This document shows positions 1 to 12,325 of a stretch of 64,000 nucleotides of DNA, piece by piece. Numbering within the stretch: the stretch's first letter is position 1; every line of letters starts with the position of its first letter. The stretch comes from Octopus bimaculoides (taxonomy: Eukaryota), in NCBI RefSeq assembly GCF_001194135.2, contig NC_068985.1:40626646-40690645 (forward strand). The letters are read 5' to 3'. The position numbers and the translations under genes are program-made. The notes beneath the pieces are model-generated. The model was not told the origin of the DNA. It worked only from the letters and a program-made list of their open reading frames with translations, and ran no database searches.

Positions 1-2804
1 TGCCCCAGGCCTATCCGTTGCAAAAGACATGATCTGACATGGAATAAAGAAAAAATGAAATAAAGGCATTCTATTGTGAAAATCGTCCAGCAATGACAAG
101 CTACTCAGCAAATGTGTGTGTGTTTATAATGTTAAGGATAAATTGTGGGAAAAAAACTAAAGCTCAAAAACTATTCCATGTAGAAAAATATGAACCTACC
201 CAAATCAGTTCTTGGTTCTATATGAATTTACTGTTTTAGATTCACTTAAAACCTCTTAAAATGTTATAATTTATGTTCTAAGCACCAGTTTAATGACAAA
301 GTATTCACCAAATTCTTCATTAGTTTCAAAAATTAACTGACACAAAGAGTGTATTTAAATAAAATATAGTAATAAAAGGGTTAATAATCTAACCAGGAAT
401 AAAGTTATTCTCATAAGTGACCTATCCCAAATGATTGCAACAGTGAACTCGGCTAACAGTACTCAAGAGCAAGTTGGTAATGTAACATTAGACAACAAAT
501 AAGTCTACCATGCAAGAACTAGATGGTTCCACCAACATGTTTCTGGCAAGTTTCACTCACATATGGTCAAACCCGAAACCGTTGCAATGTTTACCAAAAA
601 TGTCTGCATCCAGTATATGTAAAGATAATTGGAGAAGCCTCAAAATCCTAGCACACACAAGACATTGCCCAAAACTTTAGCAAACAATCAATAAATTATA
701 CCAAATTGAGCCCCCAGTTGGCCTTGATCAAGCAGATCTCTTTCCCAAAGCATTCCAGCCATCTCACTCCACTATGATATACTCTAGGTCATTTTCCTAT
801 GTGCTTTCTTTTTAAAGATGACTCAAGAGATCTGCCTATTTCTAAAAAATTCAGCAACCGCAGCAGCTCCATCATTAGCTCAAATTACATTTAGGATTTT
901 AATTTTTGCACCAACTGTGTTGAAAGTTAGTTTGTTGATTATGAATCTGGCAAAATATAGTATCTCAGCTACCATGACGGTAAAATAAGATGAGAAAATG
1001 ATTACAACTATTCCCAACAACTACCTATAAGATTGGTTAAGGTGGCAAGAATAGCAGTGAATGTATGCATACCCTTGTCAGCACAAGCATAGTTATGAGG
1101 TTAAGAAACAGCATGTAGATCAAGATGCAATCCCACTGAGCAGTGCCTTGGCCCAAGTCTGCAAGTGAAATTGGATAGGCCAAGAAAGTGCAGATAATTA
1201 ACTGGATGGATTGTACCAATTCTTGTAATTTTTCTGCTGATGCAAGCATTTGGACAAAGTCTACAGGAAAACAGCTCCTGATAAACCACTAATTTTGAGG
1301 GCTCTGCTCTTCATGACCCTAACCCATTTCCAAGAAAGAAAAAAAAATCACAATCTGATCACCAAGATAGCCAGAGCTTGGAAAACATTTTAGAATTGCT
1401 GGAAAATCTAAATATTCCAACAAAAATGACAGGGTTTCAAAATTTTTCTTAGTTGCTTCATCTATTCTCTTTTCCCCACTTTTCAGTCTTACTCAGGACT
1501 TACTAAACAATATTAAAATTTGAGCACTTCTTTGTTTTTGCTCAGCATGTGAAAATTAAACAAAAATTAGGAATTCATTTGAATGCATGTACAATATCTT
1601 TATTTCAATTTACTGCTTTTCAACAATGTATTTTTCTGATGTATATTTCCTTGTAGCAACTTTTGCAATGTTATTACCAATGTATCATCATAATTTTGTC
1701 TTGATTAATGCATTTCATGAAATTGTCAAAACCAAAGAAAAAGATGCTTTGCAGCAAAAGTTCTCAATAGTTTCTTTATAATTTAATAGATTCTATATAT
1801 GAACTACTACCTTTAGTTCTTGATAGTTACAGGTGTTGAATGATTTCCATAAAAATTTGTAACAATTTAAGAGAAAAATAAAACTGGAGTAACATCAATG
1901 ACAAGCACAACTGAAATTTCATTTATATTCAGTTACTGAAAATGTAACCTCAATACGAAGTTGTACAGTAAATACTTCACCAAATTATTCATTTTAAGGA
2001 CAGCAACAGCTATGCTCATTATGAAGAGAGATTCCTATCAGGAGTTATATTACTTAAAAATATTGAGGTGCATAATTCAGACGCTTGCTTTGCAACATAT
2101 TTTCAGATTCAAGTCACACTTTGTGAACTTTTGGGCAAGTGTCTTCTATACTCCAGAAAAACCAATGCCTTTTGAGTGAATTTTTAATAGATGGAAACTT
2201 CAGAAGCCAGCAGATATTCATGTACAGACGTGTCTCCCTCACAGCTTGTTAACTAGTGTTGGTTTATTGATGTAATCCTTAGTTCAGTGATAAAAGACAG
2301 AATAAGTTCCAGATTTCTAAGTATTAGGGTCAATTTGAGCAATAAACCTAAAGAAATAGCCCAGCATGGCCAGTCCAATGATAAAACAAAAATTATGTTC
2401 TACCCATCTGGATTTTTTTTTGTTAATGGACTTTTTGTGACCTTTAACTTTTGAAACTACATTTAATCGAAATACACTAGTTTTAATTTGGAAAATCAAG
2501 AATTTTTTCAATATATTTGGAACAGAATATTCTTCCAGAAAATCGTTTTTAAATAACATTAAAATGTGTAACATGGAACCAGAGGTTGGTGTGTATTGGT
2601 ATCAAAGGAGTTAATCCCAAATTTTGACTATTTTCCCCATGACAAAGAACCATCTGTTTGGAATGATTTACTTTACAAAGCAAGAGCTTTACCATTTCCA
2701 CTTGTAGCTCTATAAGTTACATACAAAAATACAATAAGTGAAAGTCGATTTCAGTGATATATTTAGCATGGAAATAGTTTAAAGCTCAGTCCTCCCCTAT
2801 TCAT

Positions 2805-3010
2805 CATAGTCCTAGACCATAACAGGAGTTTGAGGCTGTCTATGGGAACTCTTATGTGCTGATGACCTAGTTCTCATAAACAATCTATAGTGGAATCAGG
2901 AAATTCCAGGCAAGGAAGCTAGACCTAGAATCAAGAAACCTTAAGACAAACTTAGCAGGCAAAGGTTTCAGTAAATAGGAAAGAAAAGATATTTGTGTCT
3001 TCAGGGAAAT
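2805..3010 (+). mobile_element. RTE RT fragment
   Basis: Reads LWELLCADDLVLI; DNA similar to 59580-59780. Confidence 0.75.
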
Positions 3011-4700
3011 GACTCTTCAGTATATGCACAGCTGGGTTCCTTCAATTTCGAGCTATCTTACCTGCACCACCTATCCTTTTTCTGTTGCTGACACCCTCCA
3101 CCTGCTTAACTGCAGTCATCTGTTGCTGTAATTAAATGTGATTAGAACTACATGCTTCCCTAATACCACTGATCCTTCTCACTGCCTGGAACCACTTGAT
3201 ATCCATCTTTCATTAACGCTACTTTTTACATTCATCTCTCCTGTGCCCCTCCCTCCTTCATACATTTCTCACTCTTCCTATGCACTTACACTTGCCTCTC
3301 CCCTCACACTTTTGCAACTGACCAAAAAAAAAAAAAAAAAAAAAAACCTCTTCCTCTCATCCTTGTCTACTGTATTACAATTACTATTTGAGTGCTCTTT
3401 GTTCCATTCTGTAGTCATCTACCGTCCTATCAACTTATACAAGTATCAACCCTCACCCATATTGACCCACTCACTATAACCACTCTTCAAACCCTAACCA
3501 ATCTCCAGTCATCACCCACAATTTCCTATTCCTATAGTTGACAGATGATACTGTCTATTACAATTTTACACATGGAACAGGATGCAACTCAAACCAGCAG
3601 TGAAACACAGAAAACTAATGTCCAGCTATCACACTCAGCATACTGGACAGTCACATTCCGATGGGCACTAAAACAGTATACCAATTATCACAATACAATA
3701 TCTGTCTTGTTATTTTTCATCCTCAGTGAACATTTTTAGAACATTTTATGCAGGACAAGCCTATGCTCTGTCAAACAACAATAATTCATGACAATTAAGT
3801 CTATCCCATATCCTACATTAATCAAGGCACTCCTGAACATTTAGTATGCACCCAAAGTAATGAGGTGTGGCATTAATTTCTCCACTCTGCACTTTATTTC
3901 AATCCAATTATACCCTAACCAAATACAGAACAAAATGTAAGCCTGCTTTCAATACTATTTACAGTTTATTATTTAGCTGATTTCATCATTTAACATCTAT
4001 TGTGCATTTAAAATTATAACCAATTAATAATCCCCATATACCCACATTGCCATAATGATCCACATAACTAAATGCTCAGTGCTTTAATTCTATACATGCA
4101 GGGTTACACATGGTAATTGATCAGCTATTCATGTAGGATTCACTGAAAGGTAGACAACAATTAACAATTACAACTCTTAATTTTACTTCAACCCACCCGT
4201 ACTGCTATCATATCAGCAATTACATATTTTACTCAATGTAACTTGAGTATACACCCACCATCACATTTCTCCCCCTACTTCTTCTGAGGTAAACTTTAAT
4301 GCATGAAACTTATCGTTGTCCCTCAAACTTGGTCACGCATCGCAAAGTCACCTCCCACGATACTACTCCCCTCTCAATTGGAGGGGTTCTTACGTTAGTA
4401 ACTCGATCTCACCAGAGCTGGTGCCACGTAAAAAGCAGCCAATACATACTATAGAGTAGTTGGCGTTAGAAAGGGCATCCATCCATCCATCCAGCATGGT
4501 AAACGGATGTTAAATGATTAAGTTTCACCTTTTTCTAATGTTCGAATATTTTGCTAATTTAAAAGAACTCGAGCTACAAAGCCATAAATAAAAGAAAGAT
4601 TCCGTGAACTGTCCACTAATCCGGACACAATGCAAGCATAAAGAACAAAAAATGGAACAAATCTTACCAGTACGGCTAATATGCATCACTAAAAACTCAC

Positions 4701-4884
4701 CGGCTTCAGTACTTTCTTCCATCGGCGTCTCTTCATTGGACTGGGCAATGTCGTTTTGTTCTTCATTTCCTGCTGTCTCTGCATCATCTTGAGGCATCTC
4801 ACCGGAATACGCCTCAGACTGGTTCGCTGTATCTTCCCCACAGTCACCCACATACATATCGTCAGTGGTTTCTTCACAAGACAT
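4701..4884 (-). CDS. First coding exon of an unidentified gene with acidic N-terminus (MSCEETTDDMYVGDCGEDTANQSEAY...EESTEA)
   Basis: Acceptor ttttaattttag 11 nt before the ATG (exon starts 4895), strong G|gtgagt donor at 4699-4700, 61 stop-free D/E-rich codons, GC and CpG higher than flanks. Confidence 0.7.
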
Positions 4885-4949
4885 TATCGGACAGCCTAAA
4901 ATTAAAATTTACCATATCGCTTTATATATTCAGGCAGTGGCACATAGAA

Positions 4950-5620
4950 ACAGCTAATTTTGAGACTGGCCACGTGAAAAGACACGCGTGAGTGTGCACA
5001 CATGAGAACGTAAAAGAAATATATCAAATTCATCTGACAACAGAAACCTCCAGAAAATAGTTTAAAATATGTCAGATGTACTTATGAGTTAATGTATGTA
5101 ATGAGAAACGTGATAACTTAGATAAAGCACAGACATTAAAATTAAATTACACTCAGGCTGAGATAGAAAAAAAATTCATCTACTCAAAACATGGCCGACT
5201 TCATATTAAGACCTATATTAATACTTTTTTTTTGTATTAAAAATACAATTACATTTCATAAAAAGATTTTATATACAATAGAAAGAAGGTTCAGTTATCA
5301 GACAAAAAATTTGGATGGGGGAGGGGGATAAATGTACGAGTGGCTCTCGAAAATGTCATGGTTTTAACCAAATCGTATTGGCATTAAACGAATATTTAAA
5401 AAAAATGGAGACAAAAAGAAACAGTATTCTTATTCAGTAACTTTTGCTAAATAAAATTAAACTGAAATGCTCAATTTCTATTGAGAGAAGCATAGAGAAA
5501 ATAATGAACTATGAATATAAAATGGCGGTACACAAGGACGGCGTGGTTTTACATGAAAACGGTTAAAACCAACGAAAACGACCAACACAGATGGTTTAAA
5601 ATATACAGTTGAAAAAGAAA
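4950..5620. promoter_or_regulatory. Probable promoter / 5' UTR region of the 4884 gene
   Basis: CpG-enriched; E-box CACGTG 4971-4976; YY1-like AACATGGCCGAC 5188-5199 and AAAATGGCGG 5519-5528; possible minus-strand donor cat|gtaaaa at 5551-5552. Confidence 0.4.
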
Positions 5621-5712
5621 TTGTTATTTTTTCCACGCTAGTTTTTTCACCAAACGCAATCAATAAGTTGGAGAATGAATTTAAATATTTAAGAAATCGG
5701 ATTTTTAAACGT

Positions 5713-5987
5713 NNNNNNNNNNNNNNNNNNNNNNNNNNNNNNNNNNNNNNNNNNNNNNNNNNNNNNNNNNNNNNNNNNNNNNNNNNNNNNNNNNNNNNNN
5801 NNNNNNNNNNNNNNNNNNNNNNNNNNNNNNNNNNNNNNNNNNNNNNNNNNNNNNNNNNNNNNNNNNNNNNNNNNNNNNNNNNNNNNNNNNNNNNNNNNNN
5901 NNNNNNNNNNNNNNNNNNNNNNNNNNNNNNNNNNNNNNNNNNNNNNNNNNNNNNNNNNNNNNNNNNNNNNNNNNNNNNNNNNNNNNN
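5713..5987. other. Assembly gap (N run)
   Basis: N bases. Confidence 0.99.
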
Positions 5988-5988
5988 T

Positions 5989-6517
5989 ATATTAGGGATA
6001 AAATCCAAAATTACGGGTAAAAACTCAATTAAAATCAATTTATTAAAAATTAAATTTCACAGTATAAAATATATATAAATATATAGTATTAGGGAAAAAA
6101 ATTATCTATCTACCTATATATATATGAAGTGGGGAAAACTGACCCTCGTGTGCCTTTTCTAGTTTTTAAACCAGGCCATCTATATTTTGTAGCCTGTTCA
6201 ACTAATGTAGAGCAAAAGATGGTAGTGTAACTCTTTTTTCGAATTATATAATACATAGTTTTGAAAAGTGAGGAAAAGTAAAAACAAGGTATTAAATCAA
6301 ATGCAAGGAATTTGATAACCCACAAGGATGGGAAAGGGAAATTAGTCAATATAAACTTTTAATACACTAATCCTTTTTTTTTCCTTCACATAACATATTT
6401 TTCCTACTGTACGAGTGTGTGTATGTACATATATATTTTTTATACTGTGAAGCTTAATTTAATTTTATTAAATTGATTTTAATTGAGTTTTTACCTGTAA
6501 TTTTGGATTTTATCCCC

Positions 6518-6525
<8 letters not shown>
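5989..6525. repeat. Inverted repeat pair (~95 bp arms) beside assembly gap
   Basis: 5989-6085 vs 6430-6525; both translate as MILIEFLPVILDFIPNI on opposite strands in the ORF track. Confidence 0.8.
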
Positions 6526-6549
<24 letters not shown>

Positions 6550-6689
6550 CGGCGGATTTCATTACATTTTTTCTGAATTTTGTGTCCTGTATGAACAAAA
6601 TAATTCTATAATTCATGACAGGTTCGTTACATGTCCCCTACTGAGCTTAGAAAGGCTCAATGAATGTTTTATAACATACATGTGATACT

Positions 6690-8000
6690 TTTTCTAGGAA
6701 TTTATATGTCGGGGTTTGGTTCAAAGGTGTTATACATTTGGTAAACCTGTAAGTCGTAAACCCGAGATTTTGATATATGCAGTCAAAATAAAGTAAATTA
6801 TAAGAAAATTAATTAGAAAAACACGGTCTGAAAGCAGTGTTACAGAGTGCGTGTATCACTACCGCAAACACACCCTAAATTCAAAATGGCCAGCCTAGCA
6901 GTCATTCCACATGAGGAAGACACCGGTGGTGTGTGTGTGTGTGTGTGTGTAAATTATTCCAAGTCAAAACTATGTGATTAAATGAAAATACCAAATTTAC
7001 TAAAAAAAATTATACAATTCATGAAAATTTATAGAGTTGTGGGACGAATTTATTAAATAAAGAAGAAAAATTGAGCTGTTCGTGTGTCGCAAGGACACAA
7101 CATGGATACAAATTTATATTTAAGCCAATATTTTCACTTTTACTAAAAGTCTTACTTTCTATGTTAATATTAATGCAAATCCTCAAAATCGTTTTACTAA
7201 CTGAAACAAAAGAAATATATATTCATCTTTAACTTGAAATACATTTTATATGGTCTATTTTCTTTAAAAAATAGGCAAAGTCTTTTGATAGAAAAAAAGA
7301 TTTCTTCGTAAATTCCTGTTTAAAAAATGTTATAAGAGAATACAAGCAGAAAAATATCTTTTCTATGATAAGCGATAATTTTTGGGGAGGGAAAATTTTT
7401 TTAAAAACCCAACACTTAAGTAGACGAAGGTTTCTTTTTAGAATTAAAATATATTATATAGTAAAATAACATGAAATAAAATCTCAAAAAATATATTGAT
7501 ACTACATGAAAAAAAGGAAAGAAAAAAAAGAATATTAATGCTAACCTGTAATAACCTGTCAGTAATACTTTAAAATGGAAAAAGGAATAAATATATAAGA
7601 TTGCCCTTGGAAATGAAACGTGACTAGAGAGAGAGAGAGTGTGCAAGTGAAGAAGGAGTAAGTAGAAAGATTATATAAGTGGGCTGCGAGAGTATGAGTG
7701 GAGGTAAGAGAGGATGACCGGCCTAGAGAGACGGACGATGTGCGCAGAATCTACACTTATCCAATCGCCGGCCGACGAGAAATTAGACAGGAAATATTCT
7801 TTCATGAATATGTATATAATGAAACCAAAGAATTGAGGAAAGTAGTAATATTCTGCGTCGGAAAAAGAGTGATGCGAGTAATTCAAAGTTTAATAAAATA
7901 TATTATATGCCGAGAGGAAGAAGAGAAGAGAAGTCTTACATATATATGTGTGTATGTTTCAAAATAATTATATTTTTAGTTGGTAGGTTCAGTGGTCATG
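6690..8000. repeat. Unclassified interspersed repeat, copy 1
   Basis: Colinear similarity to 18500-19560 (e.g. gatgtgcgcagaatctacacttat...gaaattagacaggaa). Confidence 0.75.
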
Positions 8001-8049
8001 GACTTTGCGTTCTCTCTAACCGATATTGATGTCAAACGTAATCCTCGAC

Positions 8050-8450
8050 AAGGCGTGATCATGTTTTATTTTTATTGATATAAGCAATGTTTGTGAGGGG
8101 GGGGGTCTATTCATAAAGACACGACTGGCATGACTCCACTGTAGGATGCTTATGTTAGAGTGAATGTAGGTTGTCATGAAGGGTCTAGGTCGCATATGGA
8201 TGATGCTTGGCTGTGTAAACGAAAAGAAAATAGAAGAGTGGTATAATCTATGCAAACTCCATTGTTGTTGGACATAACAGCAAGTAGGTCATTGGTACAA
8301 GAGATGACTGTGTAAGCTTGAGTGAACTCCGGCACAGGCTGTGATAGAATGATCTGATAGAAAGCTGATCCAAGAGATGGATGGAACCCATAGGTAGGCA
8401 TGAAAGAAGACACAGTCAAGTTTTGCTGATAATGAGGGTAACAACATTGC
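8050..8450 (-). mobile_element. CR1/L2-like LINE RT remnant
   Basis: Minus strand reads NDLLAVMSNNNGVCIDYTTL (decayed NDL...ADDTTL); DNA similar to 20040-20170. Confidence 0.55.
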
Positions 8451-8489
8451 TTTTACCAACTCCCTTCGTAGCAAGTGCACATTAATATA

Positions 8490-8712
8490 TGAAAAACGTT
8501 GCCAGTAGCGCCTGACTGACCCTCATGCCAGTGGCACATAAAAGCACCCACTACACTCTCGGAGTGGTTGGCATTAGGAAGGGCATCCAGCTGTAGAAAC
8601 TCTGCCACATCAGATTGGAGCCTGGTGTAGCCATCTGGTTTCACCAGTCCTCAGTCAAACAGTCCAGCCCATGCCAGCATGGAAAGCGGATATTAAATGA
8701 TGGTGATGATAT
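8490..8712 (+). mobile_element. RTE-type 3' tail copy
   Basis: Same tail sequence and (GAT)n end. Confidence 0.85.
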
Positions 8713-8749
8713 ATAGCTATGTGTAAGATGAATTAAATGTAGTTCACAA

Positions 8750-8945
8750 GAGAGAAGACTGTATGACTATAGGCATGTGGTGCACAAGGATGACAACAGC
8801 TGTTTAAAACTGTTCTGAGCACTCAAAGTGGATGGGTTGTTTTTGTGGAAGAGGAAGACTCAGAAAGACATTGGATGAAGTGTTGAAAACTGATCTTAAA
8901 ATACCGAACCTCACGAGATGACATGACCTCAACAACTGGCAACAT
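8750..8945 (+). mobile_element. RTE ORF C-terminal fragment
   Basis: Similar to 60340-60500 (GRGR.RKT.DEV region). Confidence 0.65.
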
Positions 8946-9794
8946 AAGTACTAGAGAAAACACTCTCACTATTCCAGCTATATTCACCATTTACTCCCTT
9001 CCACTTCTAGGGGTGCCCTCAACCTTTTTTTCTCTTGCTGTATTCACCTACTGCTCCCTCTACCTTTTTTATCTCACTATCCTCTCTGCATTGTCTCTTC
9101 GCCTAGAATACATTCTCTGCATTGACACTCTGCCTTTCAATCCTACCTATATAGGACCCTTCATCTCTTTCCTTCCTTGCTCTTAACTGAATTCACTCAC
9201 TGCCAACCCACCCTCTGCCTTATTTTCTCTCCCCACCCTTTAATCTCTCCAACTTTTTCCTTCAATGATATTCTTAGGATCCTTACCTTTGCTCTCTGTT
9301 TCTCTTTCACGTTCCCTTCCACTCATACTTGTCCTAATAATGTGGTATATTCTTGGAACCCACAACTCACCTTATCAGCTCTACCCCTCTCTCTCTTTCT
9401 CACAAAAACCTGATACTAGTGCTTCATGTATCCCCTGGCCTATTTGTACTCCTAATCCCAATAATGTATTATTAGTCACTCTCTCTACTACTACCTTCCT
9501 TACAACTGTTCTTCTATTCATACCTCTTTCTGAACACCCCTTCTAGAATCATCACACTCTCTCTTCTGCAATCTTCTTCAGTATAAGGGCCCCTTTAAGA
9601 TCTTTACTCTGGAAAGTTACAAAGAAACTTCAGTGTTATATTGGTGCTATAATAAAAAACATATAGAACACTCTATAAATCGAATGATGTTGGCTTAGTT
9701 TCTGAATATCAATTTTGCTCACTATGCATTGGTCATCCCAAGACAACTGTTCTGTGAAGCTATTATGAGAAAAAAATGAGGGTTATTTTTCCCA

Positions 9795-10160
9795 CAATGA
9801 CGTCACATAACAATTGATGAACAGTGGCATGCTGAGTGGTTTTCACTGGGAATTGGGTAATTTCATGCTATAGCTAGCTTCAAGACTGAGTACTGCACAT
9901 GAATGTATGTGTAGTAACGCCTTGTCTCGTGCGCATGCGTAGTCATCAATATCCAAGTTTGGCGCCCTGATTCTTTCTCTTTTCTCGCCGGCCGGCGACG
10001 ATGGCAGACGTCCAACAGCGGAGCTCTCTAACATGTCAGCACCAGAGCTTCACAAATAACTGCTGCCTATTTTCACCATAAATAAATATTGTTGTGTTGA
10101 TAGTTCGGAGTCAGCGTTTCGTTGTTTCTTTCAGAATTTAATATAGGAAAGCAGGTGTAT
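9795..10160 (+). promoter_or_regulatory. CpG-rich promoter-like island
   Basis: CRE TGACGTCA 9798-9805, NRF1-type TGCGCATGCG 9930-9939, pyrimidine tract 9971-9986, palindrome TCGCCGGCCGGCGA 9985-9998, YY1-like GACGATGGCAG at 9997-10007. Confidence 0.55.
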
Positions 10161-10822
10161 AACCAATTTCCTATATATGTATAATATATTGAAAATATTC
10201 CTTTATTTCATTTATATTGAGATCTACTTCTTTTATTGATACATGTGTGGTTAACTGTCTTATATATATATATATATATATATATGATTTTATGGTTCAG
10301 ACAGAGTTTATCTGAGGAAGATTTTCTATACCTGAATGCCCTTCTTGTTGCCAACTCTCAATCATTTCCATGCAAGATAATATTTCCTCATGATCAGACA
10401 TTTTCTTGCGGGATATTGGTAATGAATGACATTGAGAATTATTTTACAACTCGCATGTAATGCCAAGACAAGGAGACACAAACGTACATACATATATATA
10501 TATGCACTTCTTTCAGTTTGTCTCCCACAATGATTTTGGTCAGCCCACGGCTATAGCAGAAAACACTTGTCCAAGGTACCATACAATGTAACTGAACTCA
10601 GAACCATATTTCTTACCAATTAGCCATACTTTCATATATATATATTACTTATACATAAGTAGTGTGTGTGTATATATATATATATATATATGTATGTATA
10701 TGTATATGTGAAGGTAACAAACAAAGAGAAAGAATTCCTTCAAAGGGGTGTGTAAAACATCCAATTCACTGGTATGTTGATTGAATACCACAGAAATATG
10801 AGTATAATGCAAATTACAAACA

Positions 10823-11658
10823 ATAAATTAAATAGAGATACAATTGACAATCCAATAATTTATTTATATTATAACATAATATACTATGAATATAATATAA
10901 TATAACATAATTATTTAAGCAACCTAAAAAGCTAACAATTTGTTTAGACTTATATACATTATTTGATATATAAACTATTCAATTCCCTTATATATAAGTC
11001 ACATCAGGGCAGTGGTTTGTAGATAGACAAAATTCCTTGTGAAAGAATTGCTGGATTGTATAAAAATTAATTCAAATGTCTATGTATTATCAGTGTGAGT
11101 GTTAGCCATTCAACTACATATCAATTACATTAAAAATTAAAAAGCAACAAAATTATAACAGACAAAATATCTAAGTAAGTAGAATCTACAACTATCGAAA
11201 TATATATCTATATATCTCAAATAATATCAATCCAAACTCGTTTATGTCTAAGACAATATTTCGCTATTATAATAACATACAACAATAGTATATACGTATA
11301 TAATTAAGTATCAGGGTCTTAATCTATAAACTGTAATAAAACAAGTAAAAAGATATAATGATAACTATATTTTTAATATATAACTCTTCTATTTATTTAA
11401 AGTTATTGATATAAAAAAGTTGTTTTTACAATCCAGCAATTCTTTCACAAGGAATTTCGTCTATCTACACACCATTGCCCTGAATCATATATAAGGGAAT
11501 TGAATTGTTTATATATCAAAAATGTTAAGTCGAAACAAATTGTTGGCTTTTTTGGTTACTTAAATAATTGTTTATGTTATATTATATATTCATAGTATAT
11601 TATGTTATAATATAAATAAATTATTGGATTGTCAATTGTATCCCTCTATTTAATTTAT
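10823..11658. repeat. Foldback element with ~245-bp inverted arms
   Basis: 10823-11070 is the reverse complement of ~11415-11658 (e.g. aattccttgtgaaagaattgctggattgta / tacaatccagcaattctttcacaaggaatt). Confidence 0.85.
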
Positions 11659-11799
11659 GTTATATGTGTGTGTGTAATTAATCATGGAACTAGATAGAGC
11701 TATAATAAAAAATCATGTAAATACCGTGTTAAAAAAAACCTTGGATAGAAAAGGTTGAATACTGCCTGTGGTACTCAAAACCACATCTGTAAATATGAC

Positions 11800-12325
11800 A
11801 TCCATTTTAGAAGTTTTGTTCTTATCAGCAAGAATTATTTTTTTTTACATCATGAGAATTTAGAAACTAATCTAGATCACCCTCATATTGCAGTCTTTAT
11901 AGTTCTCTCTCTTAGCTTTTATAGCTCTGCTCTGTCTGCTATCTGTCTATTGCCTCTATGTATATCATAGTATCCAGCATGGTAGGAGCATGCACTGGAT
12001 GAGGTTATCTGCAAAAACTTAGAAGTGTGTATTTTTTATTACTTGCCAGTTTCAACAGTGGACTTGTCTAAGCATAATTATTGACACAAACTCTGACTAC
12101 CTCAATGACTCTATCCATTTCTCTACTAAAAAATACACTTATTCCACCCATTCCACAACTGCCTGATAAACCCCCAAAAAATTTCCACTAGTATTCCTTG
12201 TTCATGAGGAATCTGGCTGAGGCTCTCCTTTCTTTCATCTCTTATATACTGCACACACATACATGCTTCTGCTAAAGTATCTTTACAATCTCTCAAGATC
12301 TACCTTTCATTATGTCGATGTTGGT
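11800..12325 (-). mobile_element. RTE LINE endonuclease remnant
   Basis: Minus strand reads NIDIMKGRS*EIVKIL, ASARFLMNKEY and GMGGISVFFSREMDRVIEVVRVC, typical of RTE APE domains; stops and frameshifts. Confidence 0.7.

Noticed and set aside
5478-6078. Long ORFs spanning N runs (also 39984-40349)
   Set aside because: Artefacts of translating assembly gaps.
9843-10034. Minus-strand 63-aa ORF as a gene
   Set aside because: Explained by the GC-rich promoter-like patch; no recognisable domain or splice support.
10001-10081. Ribosomal-protein first exon (MADVQ resembles the RPS11 start; TOP-like tract)
   Set aside because: Similarity stops after about five residues, no donor follows at a suitable position, and no further exons were found.
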